A DNA stretch of 64,000 nt from IMG/VR virus record IMGVR_UViG_3300010356_003090; one strand, written 5' to 3'. Origin of the DNA: an uncultured virus (IMG/VR IMGVR_UViG_3300010356_003090) (taxonomy: Duplodnaviria; Heunggongvirae; Uroviricota; Caudoviricetes). The translations under genes were made by a program, and so were the position numbers. Positions 30,347-40,132 of this stretch are shown here, in pieces. The first letter of the stretch is position 1, and each line of letters begins with the position of its first letter. The notes under the pieces were generated by a model. The model saw nothing but the letters and a program-made list of their open reading frames with translations. It was not told where the DNA came from and made no database searches.

Positions 30347-31588
30347 GTGAAAGCGTCAAAGCAGAAGATACAGAAGATCAAGAACAATCCAAAATACAAA
30401 AGCCTCGTCAAATTGGCGCTTTCCGCGATCAATATCTCCATCCCAGATGATATATTGAATGTCTTGCTTGCCATTGGCCCCGCCTATACGATTCCTGCCG
30501 ATCTCTTACAGAATGAAATTCTTGGTAAAAAGGTTCCAAAATGTTTTCTTAAAAGTCACCATTCACTCTTGAATACTTGCAAACTTCACTACCATTCCGA
30601 CGCTTTGCATTTGATACTTATTGACAGCGATACACCCCCAAGCGTTGCGTTTGTTGGAGAAAACACCGCGATCCTTTTTTTCAAAACCAAATATACTGAT
30701 CCTCTTGTCGCCAAAAGAGGAAAAACTTTTTTTCCACAAACGTATTTTATAGCAGATGGCGCACTCCTTGCGCAAGTAGGCGGTTCCTATGCACGTTCTT
30801 TTTCGGTTTATGATTTCTTGGTGACAACGCTTTCGGAGCGTGATCACTTTCCCTTGTTTTTATTTGATCGAGTCGCGCTAAATAGCAGCGTAACGCCTTG
30901 GTCAATTGTCTATGAAGAAAATGCGATAGCCTTAATTCAATCTCCAACTATTCCCGATATCAGCTTAAACGATATTTTCAAATATGTGCAGGGTGGGTAT
31001 GTGAACCCAGAGATTGAAGGTGTTCTGCGATACGCAGAGCGTTCATATAGACGATACTACAACGCCTTAGAAAAAATATACCTTGAAAGCGTTGGAGCAA
31101 TGCCGCAAAGCGCAGTAAAGGAAATTATTGATAAAGGGGAGGGTGGTTATACTAGCGAATTGATGATACTGAAAGCCGTCTTAGATGAATTTGCCTTTGG
31201 ATATGTGGACGGAAACGGAAACGAACTACCAGAACCCGAATTCATAGCAAAGCACACTCCCAACACTCCCGATCCACTTTGGCCTTTTATCAAAAAATAC
31301 GGTAAGATCATCCCCACAACAAGCCCCGCGTTAGAACATGAAGCCCTTGCGCGAGATGTCATCTTTCGCGCATCCGATACGCTACTTGACGCCGAAGAAC
31401 GCGCACAATTGCGCGAAGATCCAAACCTTGACGAATTGGACATACGACGGGACTTGTCCAAAAAATACGGCTTGTTTTCCACGCTCTCAGCGAACGCCAT
31501 CTTGCGAAATCACCCGCTATTCTCGCACCTTTTGCAATATGTGGATCAGCTTATTCAACAAGCCAAGCAAGGGAGGGCAAAGTATTGA
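30347..31588 (+). CDS. Hypothetical protein
   Basis: 413-aa ORF with RBS GAGG; IKNNP near the N-terminus. Confidence 0.7.
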   Translation: MKASKQKIQKIKNNPKYKSLVKLALSAINISIPDDILNVLLAIGPAYTIPADLLQNEILGKKVPKCFLKSHHSLLNTCKLHYHSDALHLILIDSDTPPSVAFVGENTAILFFKTKYTDPLVAKRGKTFFPQTYFIADGALLAQVGGSYARSFSVYDFLVTTLSERDHFPLFLFDRVALNSSVTPWSIVYEENAIALIQSPTIPDISLNDIFKYVQGGYVNPEIEGVLRYAERSYRRYYNALEKIYLESVGAMPQSAVKEIIDKGEGGYTSELMILKAVLDEFAFGYVDGNGNELPEPEFIAKHTPNTPDPLWPFIKKYGKIIPTTSPALEHEALARDVIFRASDTLLDAEERAQLREDPNLDELDIRRDLSKKYGLFSTLSANAILRNHPLFSHLLQYVDQLIQQAKQGRAKY

Positions 31589-31785
31589 CGCACTACCGCT
31601 TTTTGCAGAGAAGGGCAAACATCGACATTGATCAAGCGGTGGTCGATATCTACCCACCCACAGACGGCAAAGCCTTTGATGTTGGCGAGCAAGAGACCGA
31701 GATCTTTGTCAAGAGTCTGCAATTTTCGCCTACGCCGCACGGAATGAAGCTAATTGCGTTGGCTTACAGGATGGAGCGTGTTTAA
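31585..31785 (+). CDS. Small hypothetical protein
   Basis: TTGA overlap upstream and TAATG overlap downstream. Confidence 0.5.
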   Translation: MTHYRFLQRRANIDIDQAVVDIYPPTDGKAFDVGEQETEIFVKSLQFSPTPHGMKLIALAYRMERV

Positions 31786-32999
31786 TGACAAAACGAGAAC
31801 ATCTGAAATTTCGGCGATTTATCAGCGAAAAAGAACTCTCCGACGTGGTAGAACAAGAGATAGAGAGACAAATAGACGAAACCATCACGAAGAAAGCGGC
31901 CTTATGCTTGGAAGCGATAGGGTTTCAAGCCTGTTACGTCTATGGGAAAAAATGGCTTTCAGAACGCGCTTTTTATGGCCTTTTGTTGCTTCTTGGAGAT
32001 GAAGGTGATTTTTGGGTGAAAGAGAAGGATAGTCCAAGCAAAAAGAAAGAAGATGGAATTCAAACCATTCGATCTACCTACACCATCCAAGCAAAAAAAA
32101 CAAAGATGTTTGCCGATGAAGAACGGGAAGATCTTGAACGCTTGCGAATCATTCGCCGCTTTGATGACAGCGCAAAATTTGAAAAGGAATTAGCAGCGTT
32201 GCGAAAGGTTCCCTACTTTTCAAAGGAAATGCCTTTTAAGCTGAGAGATATAGACACAATCGCAGAGATCTACAAAAAGAACATGGACGATTTCGCATGG
32301 GCGGTGAAACTTCTACAACACAAAGAAAAATATGCACAGGGAACGACCGTTGCAGAGGACGGGACACCGATCACAGAAAAAGGCAAGCCCTTGAAAGTGA
32401 TCATTCTTTCAAAACTAAACTATCTTTGCGATCCAACGATTCAGCTTATTACCACGAAAGACCTTGAGGAGATTGATCAATTTATCAAAACGATCTTGCT
32501 CTTTTTTTATGATAAATCTCCACAAAAAAGATATTTGATGCAGTACATAAAAAAGCTAATTCGCTCCACTCTTCTTGCAAAAGGAGTGGATCTAAGAAAA
32601 AACATTGAGAAATCAACACGAGAATACATGAAAACCAAAGACCTACGCGAGATGCTACCAAGCGCAAAGACGCTTAATGCGCTTATCTCGCAAGGCTATA
32701 CGATTGTTACTGCAACAAGAGCAAGGGTGGCTACTATAGATTCTACCGATACGAAATCAAACGATCCAGCGGTGCAAGCGTGGTATGACAAGCATCCTCT
32801 ATTCATAGAAGATGCAAGAGGACAGATAGCCTATCGAGAATCGCGAAGGCTGAAATATGGCGACGATGTAAAGGAAGGCATCATAACGAAGCCAAATTAT
32901 ATCACGATTACGGGCAGTTTTCGCGTACCGATGATCGCGGTTGAAATATACGATCCAGAAGAAGACGTAAAATCCATAATGCGCAAGAAAGCGCGATAG
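31785..32999 (+). CDS. Hypothetical Lys/Glu-rich protein
   Basis: 404-aa ORF with RBS GGAG. Confidence 0.75.
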   Translation: MTKREHLKFRRFISEKELSDVVEQEIERQIDETITKKAALCLEAIGFQACYVYGKKWLSERAFYGLLLLLGDEGDFWVKEKDSPSKKKEDGIQTIRSTYTIQAKKTKMFADEEREDLERLRIIRRFDDSAKFEKELAALRKVPYFSKEMPFKLRDIDTIAEIYKKNMDDFAWAVKLLQHKEKYAQGTTVAEDGTPITEKGKPLKVIILSKLNYLCDPTIQLITTKDLEEIDQFIKTILLFFYDKSPQKRYLMQYIKKLIRSTLLAKGVDLRKNIEKSTREYMKTKDLREMLPSAKTLNALISQGYTIVTATRARVATIDSTDTKSNDPAVQAWYDKHPLFIEDARGQIAYRESRRLKYGDDVKEGIITKPNYITITGSFRVPMIAVEIYDPEEDVKSIMRKKAR

Positions 33000-33007
33000 G
33001 AAAAGCA

Positions 33008-34082
33008 ATGGCAAAACAAAAGCAAACCACTCTGGATCTTCTGGAACTACAGAAAGACGTGATACAAGGCGAATTGTCGCGCTTGTTGTGGTTGAATCAC
33101 GCATTAGGCTTTGTGTATCAAATACACGATAAAGACCCCAAGCATCTTCGCGTATCAGCACGAGACAATCAAAAACGAGATGATTACATCTGGCACTTTC
33201 GAGACTCGATCAAAGAATTTTTTGGATACAAACCCAAACAATTATTTGATAGCCTAGACGTTGTGTATCCTACACGACTTCTTGTCGATAACTTAAAAGC
33301 ATTGTTTTATGCCCAATTTCTCTATCGTTTCTTTTTCTCGAAATTTAGCACAGCACAACAAACGCATATTCCCTCTTTAGTGAAGGCTTGGAATAACAGC
33401 GCCGCAAAGATGATCTTCTCCAACATGGAGATCCCTTTGTTTGTCAATGATAATATCATTGATCAATCCGTTCCGCTCAATAAAAACGGATGCGCGAAAG
33501 GGGATATCCAATTCAAGAAATTGACCATCGAAACAACAAAGGCATCTGTGAAAGAAGGGGGAGGCGTCACGGTTTCGTTCTTTCTTGATGCAACGATTCG
33601 CTTTTACACAGGAAGAACCATTGACGGCAAGCCATTCACAATAGACAGACACACCTTGCTTTCAGAGAGAATACGCGCAACGGGCGAAGATGCAGATGAG
33701 GGAGGCCATCTATAAGCTAATGCAATGGCTCCAAATGATTGAAAACCTGCCCTACTCACGATCCGATATCGCGAATCTTTCCCCCGATTTCCTAAAGAGG
33801 CTTGTTACCCCAAGTCTTGCATCTTTTGCAGATCGGAAAAGAAAACACGCCGCAAGTATCATCGAAAGGCGAGCAGCTTCCAACGCGATCAAGAAGCTGG
33901 CAGAAATAAAAAGCAAGAAACAACTAGAGGATAAGTATAGTGCAGAATATCGACGCTATGAGGGGCTTTTCCTTTATTACGTCAAAAGCGAAGAGGTAAA
34001 GCACCTAGTGAATCAAACGATCCATAGCATCCTTGATCAACGTGGAGAAACACCCGATAAGATCGGCTTTATTGACAAGTAA
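33008..34082 (+). pseudogene. Frameshifted gene (ORFs 33008-33715 and 33690-34082), paralog of 38072-39160
   Basis: GAGG-GAGG at 33698-33705; removing 4 nt gives one 356-aa frame whose two halves align by eye with the 362-aa paralog. Confidence 0.65.
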
Positions 34083-34092
34083 AGGAAAAGCC

Positions 34093-36516
34093 ATGTCCAA
34101 ACACCTTCCAAGTCCAAGCCTCTCGATTGAAGCCATGATCCCGCGATTGACGGAACTTCTACAACAGAAAGAACCAGACGGAACCCCCCGCTTTGATCGC
34201 ATCGATCTTTTGCAATCCATGCACGAACGCGCAATTTCTGGACAAGTCGAATTCTCCAAAGAATACAAGCGAAGAGATGAGGAATTTGTTGACGATCCGA
34301 TCTTGAAAGACGGCGAAGAAACAGCAGCACTCTTTTATTGGAAGGCGATTATCTATGCAAGAGCCGAATCTGACAAAAACTATTCCTACCGAATTGATCG
34401 CGTCTTTTCAAATTATGTGGTAAATTACAGGCACGGAAGACTGACTACTGGAAGCTATGAGATCTATCCAGAAAAAAAGAGAAGGGATGGGACAAGCGAT
34501 GGAATTTGGGCCAGATTGCCAAATGGATATTGGCTAAATGAACAATCTTTTGAGCCGCATTTTGACTATAGGCACGATGATGATTTCCGCCGCTACATTC
34601 ACCATGCGCACGGAATGGCAGAAATGGCAAAAGTCGTTGGTGTTGCACGGCTAATTGATTCCATTAAGCGGCCCTTCCTAACGTATTACTACAATCGAAT
34701 TCGTGCAACGCATCCAAGAACGGACGAATACGGAAACGCAACGGAACGCTTCACCCTACAAGACTTGATCAACTATACCTATCCAAACAGTCTAGAGCCT
34801 TGGGCTTATCAAAACTTTCTTTATTCAGAAGAACAACGACGCGAAAAAAAAACAAAAATTGAAACGCCTTACAAATACCATGAAGACCAACAAGGCAAGA
34901 ACTCCGTGCGCAATGCTTGGCAATTGTACAAGATTGATCCGCTTGCATACATTGAACAATTTGAAAAACACTACCCCATTGAATGTCTTTATCAAATAAC
35001 ACAGGCTATTTTTATTGCAAACCAACAGCAGATCGAAAACCTTTTACTTACTGCATTTAAGGAACGGATGCAAAAAGATCCGAAATACTGGAAGCCATTA
35101 GAAGGAACAGAAACCTATTCCCTCAAAAAACTCAAGATGCCGAATTCTATCAAAGACTATCAAAACCTTGCAAAAGACCTTTATGACAAATCAACGACCT
35201 ATCAACTTGAAGCAAAAGCACTTCTTAACAAAGAATATGGCAACATTACAAACAAACGCGCAACGCAAAGAGAAATTGATCAAGAGAAAGCAAAAGAATT
35301 GATCATGTACTCTTATATCTTCCGAAGACTTGGCGATATGGCAAAGGCGCGGGCAATTGATCCGATTGTTTCTGTTTTACGCAACCAAGGAGCAATTGAT
35401 CTGTTCATCAAAAATTCCATGCCGCCCTTGACAATGGACTTATATTCTCTTCATATCTTCATAAGAAAAGCCACTCACCAACTTGACGAATTCAAAAGAA
35501 GATATAAAGATTTAGATGAATATCCTCACATCCAAAAGCAAGCAAAATACGTTAAAGATTTCATCGTCAAATATCTTCATTTCTACCAATTTACAAATAC
35601 TGGAAACTATGTGGAAAGATACCGCAAAGGTTCCAATGAGCGCGAAACTGTCGAGACTGAGGATGGACACGTTGGGATTGATTACCTCGAACATCTTGAC
35701 GAACTGCACACAATAGACAAGATCTTCAAAGAGCATAAAAACCGAACAATGGGAGACCTTGTTGAATACGAAAACGCAAAGCGCATCTTGAAGATCGGCG
35801 CTGTCACAATGCGCCAATTCCAACAGATCCGCCGCTTGCTCTTTCGCATCCTTGAGGAGCCAGAGTATAAAAATTACATACGCAAAATGGAGCAAGAAAT
35901 GGCCGCACAAAACGCAGTCAACGAGATCGCCTTGACCAACAAAAACGACTTCTTTCCAACACCCCCCTCTTTGTTTCAAGAGACCATCGCACCCGCAATT
36001 GCAGACTGGATCAGCGGCTATCCACGACCTGCAAACAAACCCTTTCGCATCCTTGAACCGAGCGCGGGCGTGGCAACCCTCGCAAAAGAGGTCTTGCGTC
36101 TCATGGAGTCCCTGCTTGGGTACGGATCGCCGATTCACCTACAGCTTGTTGAATTCTCTTCAAAGGCTTGCCAATTCCTTCACGATCAAGGCTACAATGT
36201 AGCGTGTGGAGACTTCTTAGACTACGAAGCCTCCGAACCTTTTGACTTGATCGTGATGAATCCCCCTTTCAGCAAAGAGCAAGATATCGATCACGTTCTC
36301 CACGCATGGAAGATGTTGCGCCTTGGTGGTTTGCTTGTTGCGATTATGTCGAGCGGTGCGGTGCAGCGAAGCAACACAAAGAAAGTGTTGGCCTTTCGGG
36401 ACTGGATCAATCAAGTAGGTGGGAGCATTATCGAAAACGAAGCGGGCGCGTTTGAGCGATCAGATGCCCTTGTCAAAACAGGCGTCAACACGATTACGCT
36501 TGTTGTCTACAAATAA
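34093..36516 (+). CDS. Large protein with C-terminal N6-adenine DNA methyltransferase domain
   Basis: DFFPTPP, ILEPSAG (motif I), GDFL, FDLIVMNPPF (motif IV), GGLLVAIM. Confidence 0.88.
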   Translation: MSKHLPSPSLSIEAMIPRLTELLQQKEPDGTPRFDRIDLLQSMHERAISGQVEFSKEYKRRDEEFVDDPILKDGEETAALFYWKAIIYARAESDKNYSYRIDRVFSNYVVNYRHGRLTTGSYEIYPEKKRRDGTSDGIWARLPNGYWLNEQSFEPHFDYRHDDDFRRYIHHAHGMAEMAKVVGVARLIDSIKRPFLTYYYNRIRATHPRTDEYGNATERFTLQDLINYTYPNSLEPWAYQNFLYSEEQRREKKTKIETPYKYHEDQQGKNSVRNAWQLYKIDPLAYIEQFEKHYPIECLYQITQAIFIANQQQIENLLLTAFKERMQKDPKYWKPLEGTETYSLKKLKMPNSIKDYQNLAKDLYDKSTTYQLEAKALLNKEYGNITNKRATQREIDQEKAKELIMYSYIFRRLGDMAKARAIDPIVSVLRNQGAIDLFIKNSMPPLTMDLYSLHIFIRKATHQLDEFKRRYKDLDEYPHIQKQAKYVKDFIVKYLHFYQFTNTGNYVERYRKGSNERETVETEDGHVGIDYLEHLDELHTIDKIFKEHKNRTMGDLVEYENAKRILKIGAVTMRQFQQIRRLLFRILEEPEYKNYIRKMEQEMAAQNAVNEIALTNKNDFFPTPPSLFQETIAPAIADWISGYPRPANKPFRILEPSAGVATLAKEVLRLMESLLGYGSPIHLQLVEFSSKACQFLHDQGYNVACGDFLDYEASEPFDLIVMNPPFSKEQDIDHVLHAWKMLRLGGLLVAIMSSGAVQRSNTKKVLAFRDWINQVGGSIIENEAGAFERSDALVKTGVNTITLVVYK

Positions 36517-36528
36517 GGATTATCCGTC

Positions 36529-38058
36529 ATGTTGGACAGGGAAACAGAGGAAAGGTATCTATCAAGATCACTCGATAGAGCAGAACGAAAACTGAACAAA
36601 GAGATCGACCAACAAACCGCGCTAAGCGACGAACAAATCAAGACGTTGCGCGATGAATTGAAGAACAACACCGCTGGTCTTTACGATGCGATGATCGATG
36701 ATTCTTCGTCTGATTACCCCTATAACGTGATGATTCGAGAGATTCGCGGGCGCTTACACGAAGAGATCAACAAGCTGCAATCATCGAGATCTAGCGATCC
36801 GCTGGATTCTTTGTCGTTGGATATCTTGTCTATACCGATACCAACCACTCCATCCAAAGCACCCACCGCGCCGAAGTCTTCCATCCCATCGACGCTCGAA
36901 GCAGATGCCGCATTTCTTGAACTTGCCGATCTTGTCGCATCAAGCAAAGTCAAGCAACTCGCCAAGATCGGAGATTGGCTTTTAAATTGTCCAGCTTATC
37001 GATCAGGCAACTACAAAAACTGGATGGCGCGGTGGTCAACCTCGACAGGGAAAGCGATAGAATTTTACAACGATCCAAAGCGAGCCAAAGCCCCCGAAAA
37101 AGTGGAATCAAGAAAACTAGAAGACAAATACGGAGATCCCGTAAAATACGACGCATACTATCAAATTCCAGACAATAACCTGAGAATTGGGAGTGTGGTG
37201 CAGTTTGCCTCAGATAGCTATCGGGGCGACGATAAGGTTAGAATATACGGTGTGTTTCTCGGCATGACACCGAGCCGCTTTGAACCGAGCGACCCCAAAG
37301 AGGACGCGGGATCGTTTCTGTATATTCATCTTAGCGTAAACAAGGACTTTGGGGGTAAATGGGATGCTGCTGCAAAAGCAGCGGAAAAACTTGCGCAACA
37401 AATCAAGAGTCTATTCGACAAGCAAACGCTCTTAGCAAACCCCTATCTAGGGCTTCTTGCGCCGATCCCTGACACAAACAGCCCGTTGTTGCATGAAGAT
37501 CTGGGATACCGTGTCGAATCTCTTGCAAGCGTTCCCTTTTGGGAATACGCCAAGAACCGCAAGAAACGGATGGAGGAGGCCGCGAAAGCGGCAAGCGAAA
37601 GCAGCGAGGAGCGAACCACAAACCCCAAGCGACGGCTTGGGTATTGGACAGATACGCGGTTTCCATATCTCCCCCTCGAATACATCAACGCGCTGGAGCC
37701 TCTTGCAAGGGCTTTGGGCGTTTCAGAAGTCGCAAGAGGGGTGTCACCTTCTGGACGTGGAGATCGTGGCTTTTTGGTGGCTTTCCGTGACGCAGACGGC
37801 AAGCCGTCAAATTTGGACGATATCTCTATCCAAGACGGCAAGCAAGAAGGCTATTGGATCAACAAGCGCGAAGACTTCAACACCCGACACCTTGCGCAGA
37901 TCCGCAAGAACAAACGCCCCTTGTGGACAACTTGGAAGGGGCAAGCGATCCCAACACGTCAACACCTTGCGCTTGCAATGTGGGCCTATTCCCCCGAAGC
38001 AAGGCGGCTTGAGCGATGGGTTGAACAAAACGAATCCTTTTTAGAATCGCTTGAATAA
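36529..38058 (+). CDS. Multidomain hypothetical protein
   Basis: A distinct C-terminal domain begins after RTTNP: GVSEVARG...W..KR..F..RH...PTRQHLALAMWAYSP. Confidence 0.75.
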   Translation: MLDRETEERYLSRSLDRAERKLNKEIDQQTALSDEQIKTLRDELKNNTAGLYDAMIDDSSSDYPYNVMIREIRGRLHEEINKLQSSRSSDPLDSLSLDILSIPIPTTPSKAPTAPKSSIPSTLEADAAFLELADLVASSKVKQLAKIGDWLLNCPAYRSGNYKNWMARWSTSTGKAIEFYNDPKRAKAPEKVESRKLEDKYGDPVKYDAYYQIPDNNLRIGSVVQFASDSYRGDDKVRIYGVFLGMTPSRFEPSDPKEDAGSFLYIHLSVNKDFGGKWDAAAKAAEKLAQQIKSLFDKQTLLANPYLGLLAPIPDTNSPLLHEDLGYRVESLASVPFWEYAKNRKKRMEEAAKAASESSEERTTNPKRRLGYWTDTRFPYLPLEYINALEPLARALGVSEVARGVSPSGRGDRGFLVAFRDADGKPSNLDDISIQDGKQEGYWINKREDFNTRHLAQIRKNKRPLWTTWKGQAIPTRQHLALAMWAYSPEARRLERWVEQNESFLESLE

Positions 38059-38071
38059 GGGGGGGGATACA

Positions 38072-39160
38072 ATGGATTACAAAAAAGATCTCTACTCGCT
38101 ACTGCGAAACCTTCAAAAGCTGCAAAGCTGGTATGTTGTAACCCTCAAAAAGCAAGCCGAAGAAGCAGACAGGGAAAGCGCATTGCTTGCGCATGAATTT
38201 GTAGGTACATCAAAACAAATGTCTCCCGAACGCGCCAAGTGGAAAGCAACCGAACATCATAAGATCGGATACTTAGAGCAATTGTTTGTTTGTCAATTCT
38301 TTCACAAGCATTTCTTTAACAACCAATTCCCATTCCAAGAAATACGGAATTGGAAAAAAAAGGACACGCCAACTGCTACATCTATCGCTCAAGCCTTCAA
38401 AACACAAAACTTTTCCGCCTATGACTTCGCATTACCGACTTTTTGGACGTTTGTTCTTGCGGAAAGAATTGCAGGGATTGACAGCGTTGGAAATATCGCC
38501 AACATTGCGCCTTTTTTTGAACTTGAAAAAACAAAAAAAACAAAATCAAATCCCGTCCAAAAATATCAAATTCGCTTTTTTCTGCGATTCGCAATAAAGA
38601 AAAAAACAACGGGATTTATAGCCCAACACTTCCCCGAACGAACAAAAGAATTGTGCCATCCGATCACCACAAAGGAAGCAGACGGCCTAGAATTCCTATT
38701 GAAAGTGATCGCCAATTTTTCGGATATTCTGGATGTTTATCACTTGCCAGATCAAGCGTTCTCGCTGCATGAAGATTTCTTATTTGAAATGGTTCACGCT
38801 ATCAAAAACAGCAACACAAAAACGCGGCCCTTTATGCAGATCTTTGAAACAGAGAAGCGTGAACTTGCGATTGGTACTGTCTCAGCAGAAGCCTTGCGCC
38901 GCTCCATGATCAAGGCCATCGGCAAAAGAAAAGGAAAAGCCCTTCGCTTTGAGGATGCAGGAAACCTATTGAATCAGGGAGATCCAGACGCCGTAGAGAT
39001 CTCCGAGAAGGGACACGCTTTGCTTGACACACAATTGGATCTGTTGCGCAGAATGGCAAAACGCGCCATAACAGCAGAGATCGGAGATCGACCCATCAGC
39101 AACAAGATCGCCTTTGGTGAAATCGATCCCGAACTGCAACAGATCCTCTCTCAAAGATAG
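38072..39160 (+). CDS. Hypothetical protein, intact paralog of 33008-34082
   Basis: G-rich RBS before ATG 38072; shared LF..QF...FF and DFL..(L/M)V motifs. Confidence 0.75.
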   Translation: MDYKKDLYSLLRNLQKLQSWYVVTLKKQAEEADRESALLAHEFVGTSKQMSPERAKWKATEHHKIGYLEQLFVCQFFHKHFFNNQFPFQEIRNWKKKDTPTATSIAQAFKTQNFSAYDFALPTFWTFVLAERIAGIDSVGNIANIAPFFELEKTKKTKSNPVQKYQIRFFLRFAIKKKTTGFIAQHFPERTKELCHPITTKEADGLEFLLKVIANFSDILDVYHLPDQAFSLHEDFLFEMVHAIKNSNTKTRPFMQIFETEKRELAIGTVSAEALRRSMIKAIGKRKGKALRFEDAGNLLNQGDPDAVEISEKGHALLDTQLDLLRRMAKRAITAEIGDRPISNKIAFGEIDPELQQILSQR

Positions 39161-39168
39161 GAGATCCG

Positions 39169-39618
39169 ATGCCTACAACCATCACCCCACAAGAAAACAA
39201 ACGCGGCATCAACCAAAGCGAAGCCTTGTTCTATATCTATCGGAATCTCCGAACGGGCGGCTTTTCCGTGCAGCGTAGGGGGATTGTTGTGGATCGCTTG
39301 CGATCAGACGAGTGCATATTGCTCTACAACGTCAAGCCACATATTCGACAAGCTGGCAGAGAGCGGGCGCAACGCGAAAAGCAGCGCAATGTTCACGCCT
39401 TTCTTTGCTGCGAGCGATACACTATCCTCTCAGATCCGCTAACAAAAGCAGAAGAAAGCGGCTTGCGCGTCGTTTCTTATGCACCTTTCGATGATCGGGC
39501 GTGGCACTACAAAGACACAAGCGAAGCCTTCAAAGGGGCGGGCTTTTGCGTTCTGGCAAAAAATCGCGTGTTTGCCTTGCCTTCTGGATCGGTGTTTCTT
39601 GTTCCGAACTCACCTTGA
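39169..39618 (+). CDS. Widespread phage hypothetical protein (YxNL...AGRxR...NVHA family)
   Basis: IYRNLRTGGFSV...RQAGRERAQREKQRNVHAFL; RBS AGGAG. Confidence 0.75.
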   Translation: MPTTITPQENKRGINQSEALFYIYRNLRTGGFSVQRRGIVVDRLRSDECILLYNVKPHIRQAGRERAQREKQRNVHAFLCCERYTILSDPLTKAEESGLRVVSYAPFDDRAWHYKDTSEAFKGAGFCVLAKNRVFALPSGSVFLVPNSP

Positions 39619-39644
39619 ATTCAACCACCAAAGGAGATCGCCCC

Positions 39645-40118
39645 ATGCAACGACAAATTCGCCCCTCCCTTGTGTTTGATCTCGATCAAACCCTTGTCAA
39701 TCTACACGAACAAGCCCGCCCACCGTTGGCAGAAAGCAGACAGATCGGACAAGGGCTTTGGTTGTCAAAACGCCCCTATCTACGGCGTACACTCAGCTAT
39801 CTAAGCCAATTTTACGATCTCTTTATCCTGTCTGCGGGCTCCCAAGGATGGGTGAACCAAGCCGTTGCAACCTTCCAACTGGACGGCTTGTTTCAAGCCG
39901 CTCTTAGCGTGGACGCAGTGGATCGCCTATCACTTCGCGGGCCGTGGGTATTGATCGACGATCTGCCCTTTGAGCATCCCAACACACAGCGCAAACTTCG
40001 CATCCTTGGGGACGTGTCGCGCTATCGGATGATTCAAGCCCCTCCGTTTCTTGGCGATCCAAACGATGCTTTCTTGTCGAATGTTGCAAGAGTCTTCTTG
40101 GATAATTTGAACCGATAA
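39645..40118 (+). CDS. HAD-superfamily NIF/FCP1-like phosphatase
   Basis: LVFDLDQTLV, KRPYL, ILSAG, VLIDD; RBS AGGAG. Confidence 0.8.
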   Translation: MQRQIRPSLVFDLDQTLVNLHEQARPPLAESRQIGQGLWLSKRPYLRRTLSYLSQFYDLFILSAGSQGWVNQAVATFQLDGLFQAALSVDAVDRLSLRGPWVLIDDLPFEHPNTQRKLRILGDVSRYRMIQAPPFLGDPNDAFLSNVARVFLDNLNR

Positions 40119-40132
40119 AAAAGAGGCCCATA

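Noticed and set aside
34093..36516. Restriction-modification system
   Set aside because: No recognisable endonuclease or specificity subunit nearby; the context fits an orphan or cargo methylase.
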